Part shown: in pieces, positions 38,058 to 48,258 of the stretch | Position numbering within the stretch: position 1 is the first letter of the stretch | Layout: the number at the start of each line of letters is the position of its first letter | NCBI GenBank assembly: GCA_965224085.1 | Contig: CBDCYI010000011.1 | Span: 896,001 to 960,000, forward strand | From: Candidatus Marinacidobacterales bacterium | Lineage (GTDB): Bacteria > Acidobacteriota > Vicinamibacteria > Marinacidobacterales > SMYC01 | Direction of reading: 5' to 3' | Length of the DNA: 64,000 bases | Position numbers and translations under genes: made by a program | Notes under the pieces: model-generated | The model's input: only the letters and a program-made list of their open reading frames with translations | Database searches by the model: none | What the model was told of the DNA's origin: nothing

Positions 38058-39749
38058 GTGGATCGTCTTTTTCTAACTAACCTCGTGCACGAGATCGAAC
38101 CGGCTCTGCGTGGTCGTCGTTTGCGCTCCGCCTCGGTCGATGCTTCGGGGCGTGTGCTTTCCCTGTCGCTGAGCCCTCCGCGGGCGCGTGAGCTCGTGTT
38201 CCACACCGGGCCAGCCCTGCCCGGTCTCTTCCTCGATAAGGGTGCGGCAGAAGCCTCGAGCTCGCCCCGAAGCCGAAAGTTGACGAAGCTTTTGGCGCCC
38301 TCCGTCGTCACATCTCTCGAAATGTCTGCCGTCGATCGCGTCGTCACGCTGACTCTCGAAAAAACGCGTCTGAGCGGTAAGAAAAAGACCTTCGTCTTGG
38401 TCTTCGAAATCGTCGCGAATCGTGGGAGCGCTTACATCGTCGACGAACAGAGCGTCCACGTCGTCGAATGTTTCCCCGCCAAAGGTAGCCGACTCTCGAT
38501 CGGCGAGCCTTTCCAAGCCTTGGATCCTCCGCCGCAGGCCTCGGCCGCCGTCGAGGAGGGCGACGTGTTCGAGCGACGTCTTGCAGGAAACGGTCAAAGT
38601 GAGCTCCTCTACGCGACCGGATGGACGCCCCTTCTCGTGAAAGAGTTGCGCTACCTGATGAGCCGGGGAGCGAGCGCGCGGATGGCCTTCGATACTGTGT
38701 CGGCGCGACTCGGCCGCCGCTGCGCCTGCGCGTACACCAAGCCCAAACCGTTTGACGACGTGGGCCCTATCGTGCTGCTGTCACCGATCGAGCTCGAGCA
38801 CGTTTCCGGCTACGACGCGAGGCCCATGTCGAGCTTTAATGAAGCGATGACGGTCTCTGCCAGCATGAACGTCGATGCCGAGCGCATCCGCGCCGCGCGC
38901 AGGCGCATCGCATCTGCCCTGGGCCGTCGCCTGAAAACTCTGAAAGCGCTCGAGGTCAAGCTTCGTCGTCGGCGCGAGAACCTTCAGGATGCGCTCCGCC
39001 TTCGCCGCGATGGCGAGCGCCTACTTGCGGGACTCGGTCGGGTCGAGCGTGTAGGCGATGGGAAGGTGCGCCTTCCCGATCCTTACGACCCGGAGGGGAA
39101 GTTGGTCGAGATGACCATCGATCCACGGTTCGATCTCGCCGCGAATGCAGAGCGATTGTTCAAGCGCTCGCGCAAATCGGAGCGCACCCGCCTCGAGCTC
39201 AAAAAACGTCTCGAGGCGATCGAGCGTGAGATCGGTCACGGCGAAGGCCTCTCGATGAGTCTCGCCGACGCGACCGAGCTCGACGAGCTCTTCGCTCTCG
39301 AGGACGAGTTCATCGAGCAGGGCACGCTCGCCCGGCCCCGGGGGGCGGCACGCACCGCGAAGCGCGCGCACAAGCTCCCACCACGAAAGTTCCGCTCCTC
39401 CTGCGGCTCAGTCATCCTCGTGGGCCGTTCCGCGCGCTCGAACGAGGACGTTACGTTTCGTCTGGCCAAGCCTCATGACCTGTGGCTCCACGCGAACGGT
39501 GTACCGGGGTCGCACGTCGTGTTGAGGCTTGCCGATGGTCGAGAAGAGATAGACGAGGATGTGATGGAGGCGGCGGCTCTGGCGGCGTACTTCAGCAAAG
39601 CGCGCGACGACGATCATGTCGACGTGACGGTTACAGAGCGCCGGAACGTCCGCAAGATAAAAGGGGCACCTCCGGGGCTCGTCAAAGTCTCGAACGCGAG
39701 GACGGTGCGCGTCGCTCCCGCGGCGATCCGACCCGAAGTTGTACTATGA
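38058..39749 (+). CDS. rqcH: NFACT-family protein, Rqc2 homolog RqcH/FbpA
   Basis: NFACT-N with DR and EI motifs, coiled coil NAERLFKRSRK, NFACT-R GRSARSNE..DLWLHA..PGSHVV..AAYFSKAR. Confidence 0.85.
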   Translation: MDRLFLTNLVHEIEPALRGRRLRSASVDASGRVLSLSLSPPRARELVFHTGPALPGLFLDKGAAEASSSPRSRKLTKLLAPSVVTSLEMSAVDRVVTLTLEKTRLSGKKKTFVLVFEIVANRGSAYIVDEQSVHVVECFPAKGSRLSIGEPFQALDPPPQASAAVEEGDVFERRLAGNGQSELLYATGWTPLLVKELRYLMSRGASARMAFDTVSARLGRRCACAYTKPKPFDDVGPIVLLSPIELEHVSGYDARPMSSFNEAMTVSASMNVDAERIRAARRRIASALGRRLKTLKALEVKLRRRRENLQDALRLRRDGERLLAGLGRVERVGDGKVRLPDPYDPEGKLVEMTIDPRFDLAANAERLFKRSRKSERTRLELKKRLEAIEREIGHGEGLSMSLADATELDELFALEDEFIEQGTLARPRGAARTAKRAHKLPPRKFRSSCGSVILVGRSARSNEDVTFRLAKPHDLWLHANGVPGSHVVLRLADGREEIDEDVMEAAALAAYFSKARDDDHVDVTVTERRNVRKIKGAPPGLVKVSNARTVRVAPAAIRPEVVL

Positions 39750-39756
39750 GCCTTGG

Positions 39757-41016
39757 ATGAAAGCCGCGATCCTGGCCATCGGCGACGAGCTCCTGGCACC
39801 CGGGCGAGCCGAAGCGAACTCTGTTTTCTTGACGGACGAGCTCGCCAAACTGGGGATACCCGTCGTGTTTCGCGCCGTCGTCCGAGATGACCAAGCCTCG
39901 ATCGAGGTGTTGCTAGGCCACGCCCTATTGGGCGCGGATGTGGTGTTTTTGACCGGTGGGCTCGGGCCGACTTCCGATGATGTGACCCGCGACGCTGCCG
40001 CCCGTGCGCTGTCACTTGAGATGGAGTTCGATGCGGAATGGCTCGAACGCATACAAAAGAGGTTCGACCGTCGCGCCGTCGCCATGCCCGAGGTGAACCG
40101 AAAGCAAGCGATGGTGCCACGGGGCGCGGACTTGCTTCCGAATCGCTGTGGTACGGCGCCAGGTCTCTGGATGCCGGTGGATGGTGAAAAGGCCGTCGTC
40201 CTGTTGCCGGGGCCTCCGGTGGAGCTCAGGCCCATGTTCGAAGCCGAAGTCGAGCCGCGGCTCAGCCAACGGGCCGGCGATGAGGTTTATGACGTTCGGA
40301 AGCTTTGGGTTACCGGACTCGCGGAGTCCGCGGTGGAGCAAAGGATCTGCGAGACCTATCGGCGCTACCAAAACCCCGCCACGACGATTCTCGCCTCGGC
40401 GGGCCAAGTCGAGATTCGGCTGGTGGCGACGGGCGCGAGTGCGGACGAAGCGGCGGCCGCGAACGTACGGCTCGTCGCCGAACTGCGCGCGCTACTCGGC
40501 GATCACGTTTTCAGTGAGTGCGAAGAGGAGCTCGAGAACGTCGTTGGGCAGCTTCTCGTCTCGCAGGGAAAGCGCATCGCCGTCGCCGAGTCGCTCACCG
40601 GTGGTCTCATCGCCGATCGCCTTACCAATGTCCCTGGCGCGAGTGCCTATTTCGACGAAGGCTTGGTGACGTATAGCAACGAAGCAAAGACCTCGGCGCT
40701 CGCGGTTCCCGCTGAGCTCTTCGAAAGCGTCGGAGCGGTAAGCGAAGAGGTGGCGCGCGCCATGGCGGCCGGCGCGCGAGCGCGCACCGGAGCGGACCTC
40801 GCGGTGGCTGTGACGGGAATCGCGGGCCCTTCGGGGGCGAGCGAGACGAAGCCGGTGGGGCTCGTCTATATTGGTCTCGCGAGCGGCTATGGGGTACGCG
40901 TCGAGAAATACCAGTTCCCTGGCGCCCGGCTCCAAGTAAAGCGTTGGACCTCGCAGGCCGCGCTGAATCTCGTCCGGCTCGAGTTACTCGAACCCCGCCG
41001 AGATGTGAGCGTGTGA
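39757..41016 (+). CDS. cinA: Competence/damage-inducible protein A (NMN deamidase fusion)
   Basis: IGDELL, GGLGPTSDDVT, GTAPG, LPGPP, AESLTGG, YSNEAK, TGIAGP. Confidence 0.94.
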   Translation: MKAAILAIGDELLAPGRAEANSVFLTDELAKLGIPVVFRAVVRDDQASIEVLLGHALLGADVVFLTGGLGPTSDDVTRDAAARALSLEMEFDAEWLERIQKRFDRRAVAMPEVNRKQAMVPRGADLLPNRCGTAPGLWMPVDGEKAVVLLPGPPVELRPMFEAEVEPRLSQRAGDEVYDVRKLWVTGLAESAVEQRICETYRRYQNPATTILASAGQVEIRLVATGASADEAAAANVRLVAELRALLGDHVFSECEEELENVVGQLLVSQGKRIAVAESLTGGLIADRLTNVPGASAYFDEGLVTYSNEAKTSALAVPAELFESVGAVSEEVARAMAAGARARTGADLAVAVTGIAGPSGASETKPVGLVYIGLASGYGVRVEKYQFPGARLQVKRWTSQAALNLVRLELLEPRRDVSV

Positions 41017-41588
41017 GGATTTTTTTGGGCATCGAGCTTTCCGCCAGGCTGAGGACCCGGATCAGCGATCTGCAAGACGATTTGCGTCCTCGGCTCCGCG
41101 CGGCGCGATGGGTGCCAGCTGCGAACTTGCATCTCACGGTGCGCTTCGTCGGCGAGACGTCTGCCGGGCGTGCCGACACCCTTCGCGCAAACCTCCGCGC
41201 GCCGATTCGCAAGACAGGCACGTTCGAGCTAGCCTTCTCGGGACTGGGGTGTTTCTCGCGCGTCCGGCAGCCTCGAGTGCTATGGATTGGCGTTCTGCCT
41301 GTGGGCGATACATTATTGGAGCTGCAACAAAGCGTCGAGAGTGTGATGCGCCGCGCTGGGTTTGAGGCCGACGCGCGTCCGTTTCGCCCACATCTCACGA
41401 TAGCACGGCTCAAACAGCGCGAAACCGCGCTTGTGATGGCGCTCGCGGACTACTTGGAGCACGCGTGGGGGTCGATGTCGGTGAGCGAGGTCGTCCTGCT
41501 CGAGAGCCGGCTATCCGCTTCCGGCGCCCGTTATCATGTGCTCGAGCGATTTGGTCTCGGTGGGACGAACCGAGAACAGGCAGTATAA
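41013..41588 (+). CDS. thpR: RNA 2',3'-cyclic phosphodiesterase (2H family)
   Basis: Two HxT motifs HLTVRF and PHLTIAR; RIFLGI start; GTGA overlap with cinA. Confidence 0.92.
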   Translation: MRIFLGIELSARLRTRISDLQDDLRPRLRAARWVPAANLHLTVRFVGETSAGRADTLRANLRAPIRKTGTFELAFSGLGCFSRVRQPRVLWIGVLPVGDTLLELQQSVESVMRRAGFEADARPFRPHLTIARLKQRETALVMALADYLEHAWGSMSVSEVVLLESRLSASGARYHVLERFGLGGTNREQAV

Positions 41589-41627
41589 TAAAAAGTTACG
41601 AGAATCTTAGAATCAGCACAAACGCGT

Positions 41628-43226
41628 ATGTACGAGTTCATCTATCAAGAGGAGGGGAGTGAGCAGACAGTCCCCATTCGCGCCAAGGGCATCGTCCTCG
41701 GCCGCTCCCCCGACTGCGACGTCGTCATCAATGATTTAGGGGTCTCACGCCGTCACGCAGAAGTAGTCATGAATGGCGGCGAGTGCCTTGTCGTCGACTT
41801 GAAGAGCAAGAATGGCACGCAAGTCAATGGCGTGCGGGTGCCTGAAGCGGCCCTCAACGACGGAGACGAGATTCTTCTCGGCAAGTTTCTCGTCCAGTTC
41901 CGGAAGACTCTCGAAGAAAAAGTAGTTCTCGACGAAGAGAAGCCCCTGCTCGAAGAAGCCGGGACCGTGATTCGAAGCATCGGCGAGCTCTCGAAGTTCT
42001 TTCTCGAGGAGAAACCGAGCAAGGACTCGATGAAACCGAGGGAGATCAGATCCGAGGTGGATGAGCCCGGCGACGAGCTCGCGAAAATCAACCGCGTCCT
42101 TCGCAGCCTTTCGGAGCTTGCCAAGGCCCTCATCTCTGCCCAGCCCGAGGAAGTTCCGCGCCGTGTCATGGACGCCGTGTTCGAACACATCCCGGCGGAT
42201 CGGGGATTCCTGATGCTGTATGACGACAAGGGCGATTTGAAGCCGCGCGTCGTACAACATCGGCATGGCAACGACGAGAAAATCACCATCAGCAAGACCA
42301 TCGCCGATCGCGTCGTCAAGGATCGGGTGTCGATTCTGACTTCGGATGCGCAGGTCGATCCACGCTTCGCGACGGGCGACAGTATCCGGTTTCACGGCAT
42401 CCGCTCCGCAATGTGCGCGCCTCTTTGGAAAGGAGACGAGGTCATCGGGATCATCCACGTGGATAGTCCCATGCAGACCAAGACGTTCTCGCCCGACGAT
42501 TTGGAGCTTTTGAGCGCTCTTTCGAACTACGCGGCGGTCGCCATCCAGCAGGCGAACTTGAACAAAAAAATTCAAGAAGAGAAAGTGGCGCGTGCGCGGC
42601 TCGAGAAATATTTCTCGCCCGCCGTGGCCACGCGGATCCTGTCGGAAGGTGAAAAAGAGGTTCAGGAGCTCGAAGTGTCTGTGCTCTTCGCGGATATCGT
42701 GGGTTTCACCCCTCTCGCGGAAAAGATGAGCCCGCAATCGGTGGCCAAGCTTTTGAACGAGTACTTCTCGCGCATGGAGGAGCCTATCTTCGACCATGAC
42801 GGTACGGTGGACAAGTTCATCGGGGACTGCATCATGGCTGTGTTTGGCGCTCCCTATCCTCAAACGGACCACGCCGCCCGTGCGGTCCAAGTCGCGCTCG
42901 AGATGCGACAACGGCTCCACGAGCTGAACGCCGAGCGCGCTTCTGGGTCTCCGATTCAGATGCGAATGGGGGTTCATAGTGGAAGCGCGGTTTCCGGCCC
43001 CATCGGTTCAGAGAAACGGCGTGAGTTCACCGTGCTCGGCGATACCGTCAATATCGCCTCGCGCATCGAGTCGATGGTGGCCAAGGCTGGACAAATCGTC
43101 ATTGGAGGTCACACTCACGATCTCACAAAAGGCAAGTTCGAAGTCAACGATCTCGGCACGGTCTCGCTAAAGGGGAAAAGCAAGAACGTGCGCGTTTTTG
43201 AAGTGCTATCGGAGAAAACCAAGTGA
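41628..43226 (+). CDS. FHA-GAF-class III adenylate cyclase
   Basis: FHA GR..VSRRHA..SKNGT.VNG; GAF; FADIVGFT, DKFIGDC (Lys, ATP-selective), TVLGDTVNIASR. Confidence 0.92.
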   Translation: MYEFIYQEEGSEQTVPIRAKGIVLGRSPDCDVVINDLGVSRRHAEVVMNGGECLVVDLKSKNGTQVNGVRVPEAALNDGDEILLGKFLVQFRKTLEEKVVLDEEKPLLEEAGTVIRSIGELSKFFLEEKPSKDSMKPREIRSEVDEPGDELAKINRVLRSLSELAKALISAQPEEVPRRVMDAVFEHIPADRGFLMLYDDKGDLKPRVVQHRHGNDEKITISKTIADRVVKDRVSILTSDAQVDPRFATGDSIRFHGIRSAMCAPLWKGDEVIGIIHVDSPMQTKTFSPDDLELLSALSNYAAVAIQQANLNKKIQEEKVARARLEKYFSPAVATRILSEGEKEVQELEVSVLFADIVGFTPLAEKMSPQSVAKLLNEYFSRMEEPIFDHDGTVDKFIGDCIMAVFGAPYPQTDHAARAVQVALEMRQRLHELNAERASGSPIQMRMGVHSGSAVSGPIGSEKRREFTVLGDTVNIASRIESMVAKAGQIVIGGHTHDLTKGKFEVNDLGTVSLKGKSKNVRVFEVLSEKTK

Positions 43227-45148
43227 TGCCCCGCCGCGAAAACAGGAAGGCGCCGAGAAGGATCAAGCGACGCGGCAAGATCCTCTATTCGCTCATAGCG
43301 CTCATGTTGCTTGCGGGTCTCGTGCCGTTGGTGCTGACGACCGCGTGGATTTTGTCGAGCAGCCGTGACGCTCTCGAATCGTCTGAACGCCTCCTGCAGC
43401 TCGACCAGACGCGCTCGATCGCTCGTCAGTCGCGTCTCTATCTGCAGTCGATGCACAATCAGATCGCCACGATTGCCGAGACCTTCGAGATTGCCTCGGA
43501 TCCTCGGGCCGTGAGTCAACGGATCGCGTCGGTGACATCCGAGTCTCTGCGGGACTTCGTCGGGGAAGACCGCGTGCTTTCCATCTCGGTCTTCGACGCC
43601 GATCTGAACTTTGTTTCCGCCGTTTTTCCCGGCGTCTCCCTCGATGACGCAACCATAGAGAGCTCGATCCGGCAGTCCCTTGTCGATGCTCTACAGGGAC
43701 GCACCTGGGTCTCTCGGCCGCATATCTTAGAGCCGCTCCCAGACACAGTCGTGATCATCTCCTCTCCGGTACGCGCCTCGAGCAGCGGCGAGGGCGAGCC
43801 CCCGGTCGTCGGTGTCGTCTCGGCCACGATTAGCTTGAAACCCATACACGAGATCGTGAAAGAGAAAGGAAACGACCGTCGCAGCGTCTACGTGGTCGAC
43901 ATGGCCGGCGAGCTTGTAACCCATTGGGACCCGGAAACGCTCTTCGAAGGCGTGGTCGACGTTTCGAATACAGCGATCGTGCAAGCCTTTCAGGAGTCCC
44001 GAGGACTCGCGAGCGGCTCCGTGAATTTCGAGCTCTCCCGGGACGGTGAATTTCGCCCCATGCTCGGCACCTATACGCCCATCGGCGATCGCACCTCCAC
44101 GATCCAGTTTCTGAGGGAGCTCGGCCGGGGTGCCATCGTTCAGACGGAGGAAGAGGCCGTCTTCTCGAACGTTGACGTCATCATGTTCCGTAGTATCGTA
44201 ACCGCGGTGCTCGCCGCTGTGCTCGGCGGGATGCTCGTCGTGGTGTTTGCTGGACGGCTTTCTCGGCCGATCGCGGAGCTGGCCGAAGGCGCGCGTCGTC
44301 TCGCTTCGGGAGATTTCTCGCAGAACATCGAAGTCGCGAGCGGCAACGAGATCGGTGAGTTTGCCGAAACGTTCAACTTCATGATTCTCGAGATCCGGCG
44401 CTTCATCGAGCGGCTACGCAGGGCGGCAGAAGAAAACAAGCAAATGTTTCTCGGCGCCGTCAGCTCCTTGGCAGCCGCCATCGACGCGAAGGACCCCTAT
44501 ACAGCGGGTCATTCGGAGCGCGTCGCGCATTACTCGGCCACGATCGCGCAGATTCTCGGGCTGCCGGAAGACGAGACGGAGGTCATCAGGGTTTCCGCTC
44601 TCATGCACGACGTGGGAAAGATTGGAATCCAGGACAGCATTCTCGGAAAAGCCGGGCCCCTGACCGACGAGGAATACGAGATCATGAAGACCCACCCGTC
44701 TGTGGGCGCCGCGATCATGGAACACGTCCCGCAACTCGAACACATGATGCCGGGCATCCGGTGCCACCACGAGAACGTCGACGGTTCGGGATATCCAGAC
44801 GGGCTCAAAGGCGACGAGATTCCCCTCCAGGCGAAGATCGTGAGCGTTGCCGATACTTTCGACGCGATGACGACGAACCGGCCATATCAGAAAGCCATGG
44901 AGATCACTTACGTCTTCGCTCGTATGAGGAGCTTCATCGGGAAGAAGTTCGAAGAGCATCTCGTCGAGGCGCTCATCACCGCCTATGAGCAAGGTCTCGT
45001 GCGCCCGGACATGAAAGTCGTTAGCGTCATCAAGGTGTCTCCTGCCCAGATCGTTCCGAAACCCGCGCCGGCGCCCGCCTCGATGGAGCTCCCGGCTCCG
45101 TCGTTCTCGGCCATGCCACCGGCCACCGACTCGTCGCGCGTGACGTAG
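43223..45148 (+). CDS. Membrane HD-GYP phosphodiesterase with periplasmic (Cache-like) and HAMP domains
   Basis: Two TMs, HAMP, DAKDPYTAGHSERV, MHDVGK, HHE..DGSGYPDGL, ADTFDAMTTNRPY. Confidence 0.92.
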   Translation: MMPRRENRKAPRRIKRRGKILYSLIALMLLAGLVPLVLTTAWILSSSRDALESSERLLQLDQTRSIARQSRLYLQSMHNQIATIAETFEIASDPRAVSQRIASVTSESLRDFVGEDRVLSISVFDADLNFVSAVFPGVSLDDATIESSIRQSLVDALQGRTWVSRPHILEPLPDTVVIISSPVRASSSGEGEPPVVGVVSATISLKPIHEIVKEKGNDRRSVYVVDMAGELVTHWDPETLFEGVVDVSNTAIVQAFQESRGLASGSVNFELSRDGEFRPMLGTYTPIGDRTSTIQFLRELGRGAIVQTEEEAVFSNVDVIMFRSIVTAVLAAVLGGMLVVVFAGRLSRPIAELAEGARRLASGDFSQNIEVASGNEIGEFAETFNFMILEIRRFIERLRRAAEENKQMFLGAVSSLAAAIDAKDPYTAGHSERVAHYSATIAQILGLPEDETEVIRVSALMHDVGKIGIQDSILGKAGPLTDEEYEIMKTHPSVGAAIMEHVPQLEHMMPGIRCHHENVDGSGYPDGLKGDEIPLQAKIVSVADTFDAMTTNRPYQKAMEITYVFARMRSFIGKKFEEHLVEALITAYEQGLVRPDMKVVSVIKVSPAQIVPKPAPAPASMELPAPSFSAMPPATDSSRVT

Positions 45149-45279
45149 ATTTACTGTACTCCTCCTATCCCCACATCGGCTTACCCTACACTTCGCCCGA
45201 GCTACGGTTCTCGGCGCTCTGCTAGTATAGAAATTCGCAATTGCGCTACAATATTGCCTTCATAGCAAGGAGGTTTTCG

Positions 45280-46038
45280 ATGTCGCGAAGGAAGGTCTTT
45301 GCCCTTCTTACCGTAGGAGTGTTGATGACCACGTTGGCGTCTGCCCAGACGGAAGAGGAAATTGAAGACGCGATCCGAGTCTTCCATCGTGGTAAGACCC
45401 TTCATCAAGAAAAACGATATGAGGAGGCCATCCGGGAATATCGCACCGCATTGAAGATCGATCGGGAGAACCCGTTCCTATACAACGCCATGGGACTCGC
45501 ACTCGCTGCGGTCGGCAACTTCCAAGAATCCCTGAAGGCATTCGATGCGGCGATCCAACTCAATCCTGACTTGACCGATGTCTACAATAATATGGGGATG
45601 GTCTATTCGGAGACAGGAGAGAGAGAAAAGGCCTTCGAAGCCTATGGTCGCGCGGTGCGAAACCCGAACTACCCGACACCCGAAAAAGCTCTGTACAACT
45701 TGGGCAATCTCTATTTGGAAGACGACAACTTGGAGCTCGCACACATTTTTTTCGAGCGCGCGGCAGAAAAGAATCCCGAATTTGCGCTCGCCTATCGCGG
45801 CCTCGGAAACGTCTTGCTCGCGATGGACGATGTCGAGGGAGCGCGGCGGCAATTCGCAAACTCCGTCGAGATCTTCGAGAACGACGAAGAGAGCCTTTTT
45901 AATTTGGCGCGTATCCACGAATCCCGGGGCGAGACCGCGCAAGCACTCGAGTTCTACCGTCGTGTCGTCGAGGCGAATCGTCAATCCCTCTACGGGCGCC
46001 TGGCGCTCCAGAGTCTGAATGAGCTGAAAGCGCCTTAG
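45280..46038 (+). CDS. Exported TPR protein, PilF/PilW/Tgl pilotin-like
   Basis: AAGGAGG RBS, signal peptide (ASA-Q), tandem TPRs, AVRNPNYPTPEKALYNLG motif. Confidence 0.75.
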   Translation: MSRRKVFALLTVGVLMTTLASAQTEEEIEDAIRVFHRGKTLHQEKRYEEAIREYRTALKIDRENPFLYNAMGLALAAVGNFQESLKAFDAAIQLNPDLTDVYNNMGMVYSETGEREKAFEAYGRAVRNPNYPTPEKALYNLGNLYLEDDNLELAHIFFERAAEKNPEFALAYRGLGNVLLAMDDVEGARRQFANSVEIFENDEESLFNLARIHESRGETAQALEFYRRVVEANRQSLYGRLALQSLNELKAP

Positions 46039-46087
46039 CCACGATTTGGCTGCGACCCGTTTCAGCTACATCTAGCATTGGCCTTCC

Positions 46088-46963
46088 GTGTCTTCTCCTT
46101 CCCTTCGAGAACGACTTCGTGCGGGGCTCTTGCGAACGCGGGAGAAACTCGGGGCGGCTTGGACTGGTGACGAGGCGCCCGATTGGGACGCGCTCGAAGA
46201 GTCACTTGTCTTAGCTGATATCGGGCTTCCGGCGACCTCCGCGATCCTCGAAGCGGTGCGTGAGGGAGGAGTTCGCCGTGCCGATGTTTTGCGAGAGGAG
46301 CTTCTCCGGATCCTGCGAGCCGTGCCTTCTCGTGACGCGACTCCGAGCGCGCCACCGCGTATCACGATGATCGTCGGAATAAACGGTGTCGGCAAAACGA
46401 CGACGGTGGCCAAGCTCGCCGCGCGGAGCGCAGCGTCGGGAGAGTCGACGCTCGTGATAGCTGCGGACACGTTCCGAGCGGCGGCGCAAGAACAGCTCGC
46501 CGCTTGGGTCGAGCGAATCGGCGTCGACTTCGTCGAAGGTGCGGCGGGTAGGGATCCGGCTTCCGTTGTTCACGAAGGCGTCCAGGTCGCGCTCGGTCGG
46601 GGCGTCGATGAAGTTTTTGTCGACACGGCGGGGCGACTCCACACCAAACGTCCCTTGATGGATGAGCTCGCTAAAATCGAGCGCGTGACCGCGCGCCTCG
46701 TTCCCAATGCGCCTCACGAGACGTTCCTCGTCATGGACGCAACGGTGGGCAGCAGCGGGCTGAGCCAAGCGCAGCAATTCAAGTCGACGCTCAGCGTCAC
46801 CGGTATCGTCCTCACGAAAATGGATGGCACCGCCAAAGGCGGCGTGGTGATCGCGATTGCCAAAGAGCTCGGCCTTCCAGTTCGCTATGTTGGCGTCGGC
46901 GAATCCGTGAACGATCTGATGCCGTTTGCCGAAGAAGACTTCGTCGACGCCCTCCTGAAGTAG
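46088..46963 (+). CDS. ftsY: SRP receptor FtsY (minimal NG form)
   Basis: GINGVGKTTT, DTFRAAA, DTAGRLH, TKMDGTAKGG, GVGE. Confidence 0.95.
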   Translation: MSSPSLRERLRAGLLRTREKLGAAWTGDEAPDWDALEESLVLADIGLPATSAILEAVREGGVRRADVLREELLRILRAVPSRDATPSAPPRITMIVGINGVGKTTTVAKLAARSAASGESTLVIAADTFRAAAQEQLAAWVERIGVDFVEGAAGRDPASVVHEGVQVALGRGVDEVFVDTAGRLHTKRPLMDELAKIERVTARLVPNAPHETFLVMDATVGSSGLSQAQQFKSTLSVTGIVLTKMDGTAKGGVVIAIAKELGLPVRYVGVGESVNDLMPFAEEDFVDALLK

Positions 46964-46978
46964 CCGGTGCGCGGAGTG

Positions 46979-47080
46979 CAAGGAAACGAGATGTGGGGAT
47001 AGAAGGGGATAAGGGGATGTCTCGTTTTTTATCTCCACCTCTTCACACATCTTCACCTCTCCTTTTTCTTACACATCGAA
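46979..47080. repeat. Purine/pyrimidine hairpin element, copy 1
   Basis: aaggaaacgagatgtggggatagaaggggataaggggatgtct...atctccacctcttcacaca...acacatcga; similar to 48259-48360. Confidence 0.75.
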
Positions 47081-47133
47081 CCCATCGTGGCGGATAGCCA
47101 AAAACTCCTGAGCTGCACTACTATGCATGTTCC

Positions 47134-48240
47134 ATGGACTCCGAACGGACCGATAGGCGTATGATGCGTCGGGCGCTCGCCCTTGCGACGCTCGGACGCG
47201 GTACCGCGGCGCCGAATCCGTTCGTGGGCGCGGTAGTAGCCCGTGGCAGCACCGTGCTCGGTCAAGGGTTCCATCGGCTTGCAGGCGAGCCCCACGCGGA
47301 GGCCATGGCGCTCAGCCAAATCGGCGCTCGCGCACGCGGGGCGACGCTCTACACGAATTTGGAGCCGTGCTGTCATACAGGAAGAACGCCGCCTTGCGTG
47401 CACGAGATCGTGCTAGCGGGGGTACGACGCGTGGTCGCGTCCATGCGCGATCCAAACCCCAAAGTCGATGGCGGCGGCTTTCGCTATTTGAGAAAGCACG
47501 GGATCGAGGTGGAGATTGGCCTGCTGCGTCGCGAGGCGAAAGAGCTCAACGCAGCTTTCGTCAAACACGCTCGGTGTGGCCTTCCCTACGTTACGCTCAA
47601 AGGCGCCGTGAGTCTCGATGGTCGGATCGCGACGAGGTGCGGTGATTCGAAGTGGCTCACGTCAAAGACGGCGCGACGGCACGCACGGGTTCTGCGCGCG
47701 GAGCACGACGCGGTTCTCGTCGGGATCGGAACCGCCTTTGCGGACGATCCCAGATTGAATCGGCGTCCCAAGCCGCGCGCGAGCGGCCCGTTTCTACGCG
47801 CCGTAATAGACGGCTCGCTACGGCTGTCGACGACGAGCCGGCTCGTCCAAACCGCGCGGCGTGAGCCGTTGATGGTTTTCTGCGGGGCCGAGGCTTCGGC
47901 GTCACGTAAAAAAAAGCTTTGCTCCGCGGGAGTGACGGTCGAGACCATCGGGCGGCGCGGCGGCCGCCTCGACCTCGAGGCGGCGCTCTTCCGTCTAGCA
48001 GCCGGTGGTGTGAGTCAGCTTCTCGTTGAAGGTGGCAGCGAGATTCATGGAAGTCTTCTCGATGGCGGGCTCGCGGATCGCCTTGTCTTGTACATGGCGC
48101 CGCGAATCGTCGGCGGCCGTGCCGCGCTGCCGTTAGTCGGGGGTGAGGGACCTCAGTGGATCCGCGACGCGACGATGCTGCGCTCCGTATCCTGTGCCCG
48201 GGTTGGAGATGGCTGGGTGATCGACGGCCGCTTCCAGTAG
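47134..48240 (+). CDS. ribD: Bifunctional pyrimidine deaminase/reductase RibD
   Basis: PNPFVGAV, PHAE, LEPCCHTGRTPPC, SLDGRIA, VEGG. Confidence 0.96.
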   Translation: MDSERTDRRMMRRALALATLGRGTAAPNPFVGAVVARGSTVLGQGFHRLAGEPHAEAMALSQIGARARGATLYTNLEPCCHTGRTPPCVHEIVLAGVRRVVASMRDPNPKVDGGGFRYLRKHGIEVEIGLLRREAKELNAAFVKHARCGLPYVTLKGAVSLDGRIATRCGDSKWLTSKTARRHARVLRAEHDAVLVGIGTAFADDPRLNRRPKPRASGPFLRAVIDGSLRLSTTSRLVQTARREPLMVFCGAEASASRKKKLCSAGVTVETIGRRGGRLDLEAALFRLAAGGVSQLLVEGGSEIHGSLLDGGLADRLVLYMAPRIVGGRAALPLVGGEGPQWIRDATMLRSVSCARVGDGWVIDGRFQ

Positions 48241-48258
48241 GCTGCCGCTCGGCGAGCG

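Noticed and set aside
46964-47133. FMN riboswitch upstream of ribD
   Set aside because: No AGGGCGGGGTGAAATTCCC-like consensus; the region is occupied by the hairpin repeat.
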